From Spongospora subterranea f. sp. subterranea (lineage: Eukaryota), in NCBI GenBank assembly GCA_049724395.1, contig JAUGWO010000122.1:186001-211584 (forward strand): 25,584 bases of DNA. Direction: 5' to 3'. The notes beneath the pieces were generated by a model that was not told the origin of the DNA, did not search any database, and saw only the letters and a program-made list of their open reading frames with translations. Position numbers and translations under genes: made by a program. Every line of letters starts with the position of its first letter. Positions within the stretch are counted from its first letter, which is position 1. This document shows positions 1-11,220 of the stretch, piece by piece.

Positions 1-761
1 AGCGTCAAGGACAAAGACTGTCGTGGGCCCCACGTGTGCCCAACTTAAGATACCGGCATGAGCCGGACTGGGGCCAGACTGAGAATAAACCTGACACGGA
101 ACGGAGTCCTCATCACGATGGAATTGTGAAAATTGAACCATGTCCTATCGGTCAAGAGAAGCGCGGTTCTGCGACATATTTTTCTGTCGCGGCACAGAAA
201 CATCCTCAAACATAGCGCCAATCTTTTTAGATATATAACCCTCTTTCTTTAAACCAACAGGATGAAACGGAAAGATTGACAAAATATTGTTTCGCTCTCC
301 TATTAAAGAAAAAAGAATAATAGTAAATCAGCTGAATGTTGAAAATCCAATCCATTGTGACTAAATAAGTGAAGAGGATGCAAAAAGAACAAGAACGCTC
401 ACTAAATTATACGCGTTTGCAAATGAACACATAGCTTCCTTTCCGGGTTTTATAACGGGATAAGCAACACATAATGTCGAGGCGTCAACGCCTCATCCCC
501 AAAACACAGTCAACAGAGGTCTGGTGGCAATTGCAATCATTTCTACGATGTGATGCATTTTCGTCAGACGGGGATGTGTTAAATTGAAAGGAGCGCAGAT
601 TACTTCATCGGAAGGAGTTGCGTTGCGCAAATTATTAGTGGTCACCTAGTTCAGTACTGTACCACTATCTCGTGTTATAGTCTTTTGAAAAACTTGTCTG
701 AAATTGTGATTGTCATTCTGATTCGCAATCGGAGCGACGAATTCGCTTCGTAGTCTCAGTC

Positions 762-1816
762 ATGCAGCAACCTGGAACTGTTGGTATATGTTTGACCCTT
801 TTTACCGGCTTCCTAATGTCTCACTTGTCTCAGGATGCCCAACTTCAAAAACAGCATGAACAACAGCAAGCGTACTCTTTCTTTTTCGCTGTTGATTGCA
901 GTTTTGTTCCGACTGTTTTCAAATTTTGGAACCCGTTTGTAACTTGAACCTTCTCAAATTTCACATTGTACGACAACATTTAAAGGCTGATTTTTCTCGT
1001 CTGTTTCATTGATATGCATTCAGTTTTTGTTATGTTTTTGGTTCAGATTGGAAGCAAGACGACAAATGATCCTTGGTCAAATTCTTGATGGCGCTGCCAG
1101 AGAGCGATGTATGCCGTGTTTATGCTGTGTTTAGTCATGATTTTTTTTCGTGGCAGTGGTTTAGATTTTACAGAAATGTACATTTTCTGTGTTCTTGCTT
1201 GGTGCCGTATTTTTTTATCTGTATCTGTATTATACCCTCTTGAGGTTATGTTGTTTCTGATTTGTTTTTGGTTTAGTGGACCGAATCGGACTGGTTCGAC
1301 CGGAACAAAAGCGCTCTATCGAAGACATGCTGAGTAAATTCCCATATATTTCTCGTTCCTGGATGCTTACCCTGGCCTCCTGTATAGTCAGTCAAGCGCA
1401 ACGCGGTGTCATGCAGCGAGTGACTGAAGATAAGATTCGATCGTTAATGAGCTCAATCAGCGAGGAGAAAGCTCGATCCTCTAAAGTCACGGTAAAATAT
1501 AAACATGTCATCGCAATTTCTGGAACTTCAATTCTGTTTCTGCTTGTTTATCATTGTGCGTAATATTTGGGTTTCGTAGTCAGTTTTCCATCGCACACAA
1601 ATGCTCATCTTCTGTGAACTAATTTGTTGTCTGGCGAGTGTATCAATGATTGGCTTTACTGTTTTGACTTTCGATTTTCGTTTTTCCTTGTATGCTACGT
1701 TTTTTCTGCTAGCATTATCACTGAGCTGATATTATTGTTTTCTCTTTTCTATTCAGATTCAAAGAAAACAGTACAGGAGTGCCGATAGTGATGACGACTC
1801 CGATTATGATCTATAA
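762..1816 (+). CDS. PDCD5: Programmed cell death protein 5 homolog (dsDNA-binding family), 6 exons, ~112 aa
   Basis: Exons 762-779, 834-871, 1047-1108, 1277-1333, 1388-1491 and 1757-1816 join through GT..AG introns with consistent phase. The product reads ...EARRQMILGQILDGAARERLDRIGLVRPEQKRSIEDMLISQAQRGVMQRVTEDKIRSLM...IQRKQYRSADSDDDSDYDL*, matching the PDCD5 pattern (ILxQIL..ARERLxRIxLV(K/R)PE..VE.MLI) with an acidic tail. The first intron is the least certain. Confidence 0.9.
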
Positions 1817-2260
1817 CCCGTTTGCAGTGACCTTGCCTTCCGTATGCCATTACAGATTTAATTGTTGCGTTTATAAAATGAATTTGTCACATACAGCTCA
1901 AGTTGTTTGCTTGTTGCAAGGAAACATTCGGGATCGTTCATTACAAACTATAAGGTTTCGCCATACTGCAAAATCAAGTCCCATGAAATGCTTGTCCTTC
2001 CGTGCCATGTGTTCATTGGTTCTTTACGTGAACTGTTGGTGGTTATATTGCTGTTATTTTGAGTATATACTCTTCTCGTGAGACAAATGTTAATGATGTT
2101 ATGTACAGAGATGTTCAAATTATGAACATTTTGTCTTCAAGTTGTTGTTTGCGATACCATAAGTGTAAATCTTTCGTAATAGCTGACAAATTTTTGTTTG
2201 GACAAGAATATAAGCGTATTTATATCAAAAATTGTAGTAGATGTAGACAAATGCTTTCCA

Positions 2261-3172
2261 TTAATCAGAAGCCAACAACAACAAAATCGTCATAATCAAG
2301 GGAAGTGATGCCCATGTTGGCGCTGTCATCGATGCCTCTGGCTGCCCTGATTGGTAGGCGCCGCTTCGGAATTGCGATGACGGAATGTAATTTTTTGTCG
2401 CCGTCGTAACATTGGTGGCGGCGGGATTTGGCCGTTCATACTTACTATCGTCAGCTACAGTCCATGGTGCTTCAGTCGCATATGAATCAGGTTTTTTTGT
2501 GAATTTTGGCTCCGCTAACGGTGTTGAAGCTTTACCTGGTGAAGATCCTACATAAGTCGTTTGCTTTTGCTTGGTTTCTGATTCTTTTCGTTGCGGAGAA
2601 TCATGGAACTTTGACCCATACTCCGCTGCATTCGATTTTAATTTGGAGTCAGTCAAGGTCGATGCCGTTCCGTATTCTTGTTCTCTATTGAACTTGGCTC
2701 CTGAGCCGCTTTCAGGGAGTTTATAAGGGTCCGACGAGATGCCGTTGGTAGGCAGCGCTTGGTGAGTTGATTCCAAAGGCCGCGGTACTGGCCCTCGATT
2801 ATTTGCAGCGGATCCGAAATCAATCGCTTCATTACCATGGTGCGTTGACTCCAAAGGCTTCTGTGCTGGCTCTAATATTTGGGAAGAGGTCCCCCCATTA
2901 TTGGGTCCATAATTCTCTACCTCTAAAGAGCGGCTGTACTTTTCTTTGAGCGGGGCAGGGATTGGACTGCTGGCGCTCGCTGAGTACGATTGTGGCGAAG
3001 ATTGCGTCGATGTTGTTACAGGGATTGACGTTACTGGTGTTACAACAGACCCATCGATAAATACAATCGCAATATCGAGATTATTTTCATCCATGGGTAC
3101 ATCATACGCCGAGACGGACTGGTGAAGAATCGATAACACCAACACCGCCGTCAATAGTATATTGGGCAACAT
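2261..3172 (-). CDS. Secreted, probably GPI-anchored Ser/Thr/Pro-rich surface protein, 303 aa, intronless
   Basis: ATG-initiated ORF with a signal-peptide-like N-terminus (MLPNILLTAVLVLSILHQSVSA). The body is low-complexity, has no Cys and repeats PLESTH twice. The C-terminus is hydrophobic (TWASLPLIMTILLLLASD) after a small-residue spacer. Confidence 0.8.
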   Translation of the reverse strand: MLPNILLTAVLVLSILHQSVSAYDVPMDENNLDIAIVFIDGSVVTPVTSIPVTTSTQSSPQSYSASASSPIPAPLKEKYSRSLEVENYGPNNGGTSSQILEPAQKPLESTHHGNEAIDFGSAANNRGPVPRPLESTHQALPTNGISSDPYKLPESGSGAKFNREQEYGTASTLTDSKLKSNAAEYGSKFHDSPQRKESETKQKQTTYVGSSPGKASTPLAEPKFTKKPDSYATEAPWTVADDSKYERPNPAATNVTTATKNYIPSSQFRSGAYQSGQPEASMTAPTWASLPLIMTILLLLASD

Positions 3173-3289
3173 TATGCAGCCTTCGACGCCACTATGTATA
3201 GGCAGACTATATAATAATAAGATGAATATCGTTTGTATTATGTGGATGCACCATTAGTTGGGTTGAGATTGGCCAAGATCCGGTCTACA

Positions 3290-3325
3290 TGACGCAACTG
3301 GTCCAATTTGATATGATGTGACTCA
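3290..3325. promoter_or_regulatory. Candidate bZIP-type sites (TGACG and TGACTCA) upstream of the 303-aa surface protein gene
   Basis: TGACG at 3290 and TGACTCA at 3319-3325, 118-153 bp upstream of the ATG at 3172. Confidence 0.3.
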
Positions 3326-4219
3326 TCACGATCCTTACCGACGTACTATTGGGATCTGTAGCGATGAGTGAGCCTTTCCAAATCTAACTTACTGTTCACG
3401 ATTAAAGTTCAGTCATTCCATTGAACAAGGCATATGGAAGTTCGACACCCTTCGCGCTCTTATCCTTGCCCAAAGACTATTGAAATTTCCATGTCCGATC
3501 ACCCACTCCAACCTTGGGATAACCAATACATTGGGTGTTTGACTGCTCATTGCTAGCAATCCTGTCAATTGCGGTGAACAAATGATAAAAAAACTGATCA
3601 GACCGCAACTTGTGTCTACAGTATGAAAGGGCTAAATATCATGAAATACACTTACTGGTTCGAAAATTGAACTCTCATCATCCTCCCATTGTAAACATTC
3701 AAGAGACAGTTGCTACCCACCAGTCGCAGTTAAAAAACACCAGGAGGGGGAACGAAAACGATATCAATCGTATGATGTTCAGGGAGTATTGGCCGAAACT
3801 CCTGATTTTCAATTCAATGGCATTTTTCGGTAAAAGTTGAGGTTAGTCAATAATAAACTAACACTTTCATTGATTGCGAAGGTCAGTGATACGACGAAAA
3901 ACAACATCAAATTCTTTTTACCGAAATGTTTGAAAAACAACCCAGGAAGAAATCCTTTTTGCTTGGATTCAAACAGAATTACTACACGAACAGTATTACA
4001 GCAAGCAAGAAACCCCATTGAATCACCGAGTATTTTGCACATGCTGAATACTCGACCGGCATTTCATTGAACCCACTATGGTCGACGAACATTTCCAAGC
4101 AAAAATTTGAAAACAACCAAAACAAATGAACCATACGGAACCTGAGATTTTACTCGACACGATGTTAATTTTTAGTTAAATTTTGTACTGATGTACCGAG
4201 ACACGTCAAAGCGTTTTGA

Positions 4220-5767
4220 TTAGGCGGTAGCCGCAGATAGTTCGTCAGTATCAGCGTCGTCAACGCTACTGCTGCCGATGGAGACAGCATCAATAATATC
4301 TTGGGGGGAACATCATCGGTCGCGATCGCACCCGGTAACTCATCGGCAGTGTCGTCGCTAGACGCTTCAGGAATGCTGTCGGCTGGTGGAGCAGCCTGTG
4401 ATTCGGAGGACGCGCCACCTGTTTCAGCAATGGTTGTGATCGTAGTCGGTCCTGTTACAGAGACTTGATCAATATTCTGATACGTTGCGTTCTCTATGTT
4501 TAATGTTGATCAACCAATACAAAGACAGTTGAAACCCATTTATAATCACATTAACGTTCTTGATTTTTTTTTCAACCCCTGTTCAAAATACCTGACCAAA
4601 CCCAAACGGACCATTACGGAACAACACCATGTGAGCAACATGGTGAAAAATTATCATCACTGACCTGAAGATGATTCTGAATCAGACGACGATGATGCAT
4701 CACCCGCATCCGTATTGGAACTGCCATTAACAGCAGACAAGACTGTGGAGGGAGGAATTCGTGACAATTTCAGGATCTGGTAAAGACGCTCCTGCCGTTA
4801 AGTTTCCGTCAACCGGGATAGGCAATATTGGCGACGTCATATTAGCTGAAGTCTTTTCAGGAGCAGAAGCAAGTGGTTGTGATGAACGGTTTTCGCTGGA
4901 TTTCTCCAGTGAAAACCCTCTTGCCGCTTGAACTGTAGACTGCCCAGGTTGATCAGGTTTAAACGTTGTCAGCGGCAAGTCTGTACGATTTCGTTTGGGT
5001 GACATCGCAATATTATCCCAGGTCGTGTCATTTCTTGGCGGCGGCGACGTGCTAGGTTGAACGGGCGCCTCTCCAATCATTTGCGCCATGGGATGCGGCG
5101 CCGGACGACCTCGCGCTTCATAAAGTGAAGCTCGGGGAACCTCAGCCTGTACCACAACATTTCCGGGAGCAGAAAACGACAAATTCTCCTTCGAAGATTT
5201 CCTAACAGATTGAGTCGGCTTTTCGACTCGGGTTATAGGCGGTGCAAGAGCTGTCGTCGGTTTTTGGGCTTGGGTTAAAGGCGGTGCAAGAGCTGTCGTC
5301 GGGTTTTGGGCTTGGGTTAAAGGCGGTGCAAGAGCTGTCGTCGGCTTTTGGGCTTGGGTTAAAGGCGGTGCAAGAGCTGTCATTACTGGGGCCTGGACAA
5401 ATGGTGGTTGTGCAACTCCAGTAGAAGGAGGTTTCACAGGCGGAAACGCGCCTCCGTGATCTTGTTGTTGTCTCAACCAGGCCGACATCAAATCATCGAA
5501 GGTGGGAGTTTTCGCCGGGCGTGGCGGGGCGATCACAAGCCCATTCAAAGCCATAAACGCTTTCACTCGCATCAAAATGTATCGATCTTCTTCGGAAATC
5601 GGCTCGCTCTGGACTCGATTGTTTGTGGGCAAATCTGCGACATCAGTTGTGGACGGTTTTCCAGATGTTATGTACGATGGTGACTGAACTCCATCTGTCG
5701 TGGCATATGACAGTACCGCAACAGTCATGAGGGTTGTCAGGCACGTGATACGATACACATGTATCAT
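4220..5767 (-). CDS. Secreted Pro/Thr/Ser-rich mucin-like protein, probably spliced, with apparent frameshifts in the 3' part (possible pseudogene or assembly error)
   Basis: ORF 5767-4727 begins with a signal peptide (MIHVYRITCLTTLMTVAVLSYA) and carries 14-aa repeats. Coding-like sequence continues in another frame from ~4750 (STVLSAVNGSSNTDAGDASSSSDSESSS) to a GT donor at 4664. An exon then starts at 4493 (ENATYQNIDQVSVTGPTT...DDTADELPGAIATDDVP) and ends at 4220 or 4165 depending on the frame at the G run 4303-4308. Confidence 0.65.
5231..5381 (-). repeat. Coding tandem repeat, 42-bp unit, ~3.5 copies (TTALAPPLTQAQ[K/N]P)
   Basis: The unit gcggtgcaagagctgtcgtcggtttttgggcttgggttaaag occurs at 5239, 5281 and 5323, with a partial copy at 5365. 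Confidence 0.95.
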
Positions 5768-5845
5768 GAATATTAGTTAATTACGTTTCGAGCAGTTTAC
5801 TTGTATAATGAAGAGAACCACTCGAGGGATGGCTGGCAACCTCAT

Positions 5846-5885
5846 TGACGTGACTGTGATATGTGAAATCAATATTGGTGAGTCA
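5846..5885. promoter_or_regulatory. Candidate bZIP-type sites (TGACG and TGAGTCA) upstream of the mucin-like gene
   Basis: TGACGT at 5846 and TGAGTCA at 5879-5885, 79-118 bp upstream of the ATG at 5767. Confidence 0.3.
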
Positions 5886-6338
5886 ACGTAGCTTCATAAA
5901 AGCCAAAATTATATCTTCTTCATTATCAAGGCAAGAATAGATATCGAGTTGACGCGCTTCTTTCTGTCAGAATATCTTAGAATTAAACAGACCAGGCTCA
6001 GCCGATTACGATATGATTTTGGAATAATGGCGGTGTTAACAGGTATTCGCTTCAAAGGCAATGAAGCAACAGAACTTTGCACGGTCACCATTATTTCGGC
6101 AATGACGAAATTTTTCAACAGAAAAAACGTTGAACATGTTGGAAGAAAGAGAAACCACACAGATTTGAGTGGGGTAATTGAAGCTGGATATTGCGACGTG
6201 GAAATCAATCCCACAAACAAAAATAAAAAGTGCCTCGCTGAAGAAACAATTTTCGCAACACAATCTGGTATATTGCTATCAGTAACTGTGGGCAACAAGT
6301 TATGGAGGCAAATACGACACCAGACGGCGCCGCCAGGA

Positions 6339-8894
6339 TCATTCATCAATGTGGAGAAGAAATTCGGGAGTGAATCCCTTCCAGCAGTCCGTATAGTCAA
6401 CATCTTGTTTGTGAGAATCTGCAGCGTAATCGGTGACACGTAACATGTAGCATGTCTCGAACATGAAGGCCAACATTTCTGTAAATATCTCAATTTTTAA
6501 AGTCGTAATTACACAGTAGTAACTGTATGCACCTTGCAGCCGTGTGGGAGTTAAAACCATTTTAGAAAACTGAGTAAAGACGTCGTGGGATGGACCATGA
6601 GCAATGCAACAAGAGTGTAATGAACCAGCCCCAGGAGGAAACCTATTTACACCATCGTCAATAAAGAATGGTTACATCAGCGATGCACCCCGACAGCACT
6701 TCGAGAAAAGTGACTGAAAATGTCAACAGAAGCTGAAGAAGTGTGATAGATCGGCAATTTCAGAACATTCATGTGCACATGAATTAAAAACCGGAACCTG
6801 CCTCAATCAAAACAAATATACAACTGGAAAAAAATATTGTTGCAGGTTTGGTAAATTCCGAGTTTCTACCCGGTTGGCTTCGCCTCGTACTGGCCGCGAA
6901 TATTGCCCATGAATTCCGACATGGGAGCATTACGATGAAAATAAGGCGGGCGGAACCCATCTTGAACCTGAAACGCAAAATAGTTATGAAACGACAACAT
7001 ATTTTGACAAATAAATAAGGCTCGGGAAACATCGCAACAGATACAGGTCTGAATGCTGCTCTGGGAAATGCGAACTTCTTTAAGCTTTCGAAGAATGACA
7101 AAGTAAGTTACCTGCCATCGTGGAGGAAAGATGACAAAATCCATGGCAGCTACACCAGGTTCAGAAGACGGGACAGTCAAGACAGTAAATATCGACTGTT
7201 TCAAACAACTGAGTCAAGATTTCCAAGGTCATGACGAAAACGGTGAATACCGGATCCATGTGGTCAAAAGTCACAGAATTGACAGCACAAAAACGGTCAA
7301 GATTGTATTTGAATGGAAGATAATTACCTGAGGAGCATGACGCATTAGCGTTAGCAAATAAAAGAATTTCCCTTCGTCAACAAAAGCCAGCATTGAACCA
7401 AATGTTAATAGCAACATTGCACAGAAGATATTACTACAGTTGCAACGAAGGTTGGAAATTATGAAATACTGTAACCGTTACGCATAATTACCATGCCAAG
7501 CGACCACGTCGAAACACGAATGTTTTTGTTCCATAGTGAAAAACTTCCCCATGAATTTCTAAGTAAACATTTGCCCATAAGAAAAGAAACTTAGCATGCC
7601 ATTATACGGAAGGACCTGCAAAATAGTAAACTTGTGAGATTTTGGAGGTTCACATTCATAATGAGCAACTGGGTGTAAAAAATCACGAGCGTTTGCTAAT
7701 CCGTTGGCGCCGATCGGACCCAGCTCCGGCAGCTGGAAATGGCCACCATATACTTCACATATATAGCCGCGAACATTTTGATCTAACAGCAATATAAAAA
7801 CAGGAAACTAGTAGTTTTGGTGGAAAACAATGCATATAAGAATAAACTGAACAAAGTAGTATTGTTGTTTGATATCGGACGGAGAGAACTCGGTCACGTA
7901 CAATTCTTGATTACTTAAAAAATAAAATCACAGGCGAATAAATTCGGACCTTGAAACATTACTGCAAAACGGACACCACGCGGAACGACGATTATTTCAC
8001 CGATTGCGACATCAAGAATGCCGAACTCGGTTTGAACAGTTATATTGCCCGACTCCGGAATGATCAACATATCGCCATCTGGCCTACCGAACCAATCAAT
8101 TACTGGGGTCAAACAGATATAAAAAAGGTGATTGCGATTTAAGTGGAAAATTATAGATTCATATTGACGGGAAATCAAATAAAGAAACGCTGAAATCGTT
8201 TGGGTTGGCGCACCGGAATTGCAGATCGCTTCGTCAACCATTGAAGTGTTGGCAACGAAAATATGGATCGCCACCCCAATTTTGAGGTCAGGCCCTCCAG
8301 CGCCCGCGACAGTTTTTATGCCGGCTGCGAAAGTGACAGCTGTATTTTTTGGAGCAAAAACTGCTGGTGGCCATCGAAGCTACACATAGACAAATCAAGC
8401 TTGGAAGGCAAAATTTCATGAAAAATCTGCAAAGTAAACGTCGAGATAGTACTTAAACAATTATCAACGAAGGCAGATGGTCAACAAACTTGAATATAAC
8501 AAACGAACTTACGGCAAAACCGACAAAACACGGAAAACGTTAACGATGAAAAGCAATTGATAGATAGGTCGAGAATGTTTCAGTAAATCGAAAATACCAA
8601 ATGTACCTGGTTAGGAACAATTTGCGCGTCGTGAAAATACGATTTCCAGAGTTTATAAGTATCTTGAACCACCGGCTGTAGGGGGGAGTGGCATACCGAC
8701 GGTAAAATACGGTAGAACCAAGACCGGCGATTGTGGCAGCGTGGGGTCGTGAATGATGTTCCCGACAGCTGCTCAGCAAACAGGCCAAACGGGCACTTCT
8801 GAGGGTTATTAACTCCAATAGGAAGGGCCCCTGGTTTAGCTTCCGATTGCAACTCGGCACCGAACCCTGACATGTATTTACGCTGCGATGCCAT
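6339..8894 (-). CDS. HGD: Homogentisate 1,2-dioxygenase, 10 exons, 441 aa
   Basis: Exons 8894-8607, 8379-8214, 8078-7950, 7782-7616, 7558-7492, 7327-7251, 7195-7112, 6967-6870, 6642-6533 and 6478-6339 sum to 1326 nt; all junctions are GT-AG and in phase. Family motifs: [103 protein letters not shown]....HGP, LAFMFET. Confidence 0.97.
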
Positions 8895-9328
8895 TATTTC
8901 ACGATTCCTTATTAGTTAACAATTGAACCCGTTAAACAGATCTTCGTAAGTGCGGTCAGTGGGTGGACCCACAAAACCGCGCTGAGGCAGTTGCGCGGGC
9001 ATGCGACACGATATTAAGGTCTGAGTCTGACAGTCTGACTTAGGAGTGTCAGCGTTATGTTCAATTGGTGTTCAATTGTGGGGTGGCTTGGCATGGCACG
9101 ATGATTTTGTGGGCTTGACATGATGGTTTTGGGCTTTTTGGCTGGCTACTGTACGCGTAATGATCTTGGCGGGCTTGAGAGCACTTCCACCGGTGCTCAA
9201 TATTCTCCATATCTATCATATCTATCACTAAATCTGGGGATTTTTCAAAAGCTGCGTTTCCCACCGATGAATTCATCGGATCTCCAACAGATCTGTTGGA
9301 AATCTGCGTGTCAATTTTTTGTTCGGGA

Positions 9329-10160
9329 ATGTCGCATCGTGCCGGGAAATTGTCTGGAATGAAGACCTTTTAAAGCCAAGAAGATGTCTGGATCTCAAGA
9401 TCATATATGGCAGTGACTACCGACCCATCCATTGGCACTGATCAAGATGGGGAGACCTATTACAAGGAATTAGGCGAGCATTTTAAATCTGCCATCGCAG
9501 AAACAAGTTACTTTTGACTGTTTACGATCTTGAGAAAGCATTCGATCGCGATGGTTAACCATCTGCAGAGGACTATTCTCAAATTCGTTCGCTGTCTTTC
9601 AAAGGTTCTAGATGAGTATCATTCGGGATGGACGTATTACACTGAGCAAAGAAGCATTTCTTTGCCGATGTCCGAAAACCTTTCGGGGGCGATCTATGCT
9701 GGTCCGTCGTCTCGCAATCGACTATTCGCGGATGGGCTCTGCCCAAAGGGCCACCTTTTTCCTGGATGATGTCGACAGCGCTGAACACTTGTTCAATTCC
9801 GATATAGAGAGATTACATCCCAGGCTCGACGCGCTCCAGCAAATCTCTCTTCCTTGCGCGCCGCTCATCAGTGAGTAAAAAAAATGGGAAGCAGATCAAA
9901 TTCGATGAAGCCAGCGCTGCTGATGTCGCGAAGCTCGCGCCAAAATCAACGCGATGAATCGTGTGGCGTTGAGCAGTAAAAAGAGCGTTGCGGTCAAGGA
10001 AGATCAGTTAGCCAGGGCTGGCGAGCAGTTCGCCTGGAAGATGTTCAGCACATTGCAAACGCCCAAGGGCGTGGAATTTCGCCGCATCAAACAAGAGGAG
10101 GCACTGATCAACGCCCTCATTGAGCTTTGCAAGGAACAGATTGCTTTGAAACTCCTTTAG
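9329..10160 (+). pseudogene. Harbinger Myb/SANT-like (NAM-associated type) DNA-binding protein remnant
   Basis: Reads F*SQEDVWISRSYMAVTTDPSIGTDQDGETYYKELGEHF, then ILKFVRCLSKVLDEYHSGW and AKKHFFADVRKPFGGDLCW in shifting frames. This resembles the EDxxLxxAWxxVSxDPxxGTDQ...KFxGC...SG...FxxxHCW pattern. Stops and frameshifts are present. Confidence 0.75.
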
Positions 10161-10235
10161 TTCCTATCCAAATAATGAGACCCTGTGAAGCTTTTATCGG
10201 GTTAAATAAAATCCGGGATCAGTCAAGTTTTGGTC

Positions 10236-11220
10236 TCATCTTTTTCGCTGCCTCTTAGGTTCCAGTGATGCTCAACAAAGAAAAAGATCTGCTTGGAGGC
10301 GCGTGAACATCATTGGATCAGTGCGATTGGCAAGGTTGAGCATTTTAGCTTCCTGGCTGGTCTGAACCTCAGACGCCTCGATGGTCTAGAAGAGGTATTG
10401 AGGAAAATATTCATCGTCGTTGACATAGGCATGGTCCAGACCGTGCCGCATTTTACAATCTTTGATTAAATTATGCAAAATTACGCACGCCGATGGCAAC
10501 CCGATGCCACAATTTCAACGGAATCGTCAAAGTGAAACCGCGCCTGAAGCATTCCGAACGCGCGCTCGATGCCCTTTCCGTTTGGCCTCGTGCATTAACG
10601 CAAACATTTATGACGCCGCGAGATTGAGTTAGCGATCGTTTTTACGAAAAAATGATGTTGACGATAGATGCGTCCGCTAGCCAATACGGAACGTTATAAA
10701 CATGACCATTGATCTCATACTGACAGGAGGGAGGCGGACCTCATGAAGACAATGCGAACGATCTAAAATGTTTCGATCAACGATCCTGGGCCGCCGAAGT
10801 AGTTAATGATTGGCCACGTGTATGTATGGCTATACTCGTTATACCTTGCACACGTCCACTTTCTGTTTGAAGTAGTCGTCATGATGAACGACACGAGCAT
10901 GAACGGCGTCGAACAAGTCACGAGGCATGCGGAAGGTCCTACGGAAATGCTTTCATAAACGGGATTTAGACTCCAGTAGTCATTATTACGCAGGGAGGCA
11001 AACAGTTGCCTCCGTCGATTTTTGTTTGGAGCGCGCCCAGGTATGGAACCGCCAAGCTTTCTCTTTTGCCGAGCAATAAGCTCGTCTTCGGATTCATTTT
11101 CTTTCATCATCATCATGAAGAATTGATTGCGAGCAAGTTGGGAGTTAGGCGAGTCGAACTTGGAGTCTGATGAGTCAAACTGGAGTGTCTCCGTTGTATT
11201 CAGCAATAGGTTTTAGACAT
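10236..11220 (-). pseudogene. Harbinger (HARBI1/plant-transposase type) DDE transposase remnant with internal deletion
   Basis: Motifs in order across frameshifts: GGSIPGRAPNKNRRR..NDYW..NPVY, FRRTFRMPRDLF...HDDYFKQKVD, GPGS..ILDRS, YEINGHVYNVPYWLAD, RKGIERAFGMLQARF, ACVILHNLI, EHHW. The segment expected to carry the first catalytic Asp is missing near 10815-10845. Confidence 0.88.

Noticed and set aside
1..90. Possible minus-strand exon running off the window edge (VYSQSGPSPAHAGILSWAHVGPTTVFVLDA)
   Set aside because: It is too short to identify, and I could not build consistent upstream exons.
5909..6493. Overlapping 164-aa (+) and 194-aa (-) ORFs at the HGD 3' end
   Set aside because: They have non-ATG starts, overlap the last HGD exon and show no recognisable motifs. 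They are most likely UTR or intergenic sequence.
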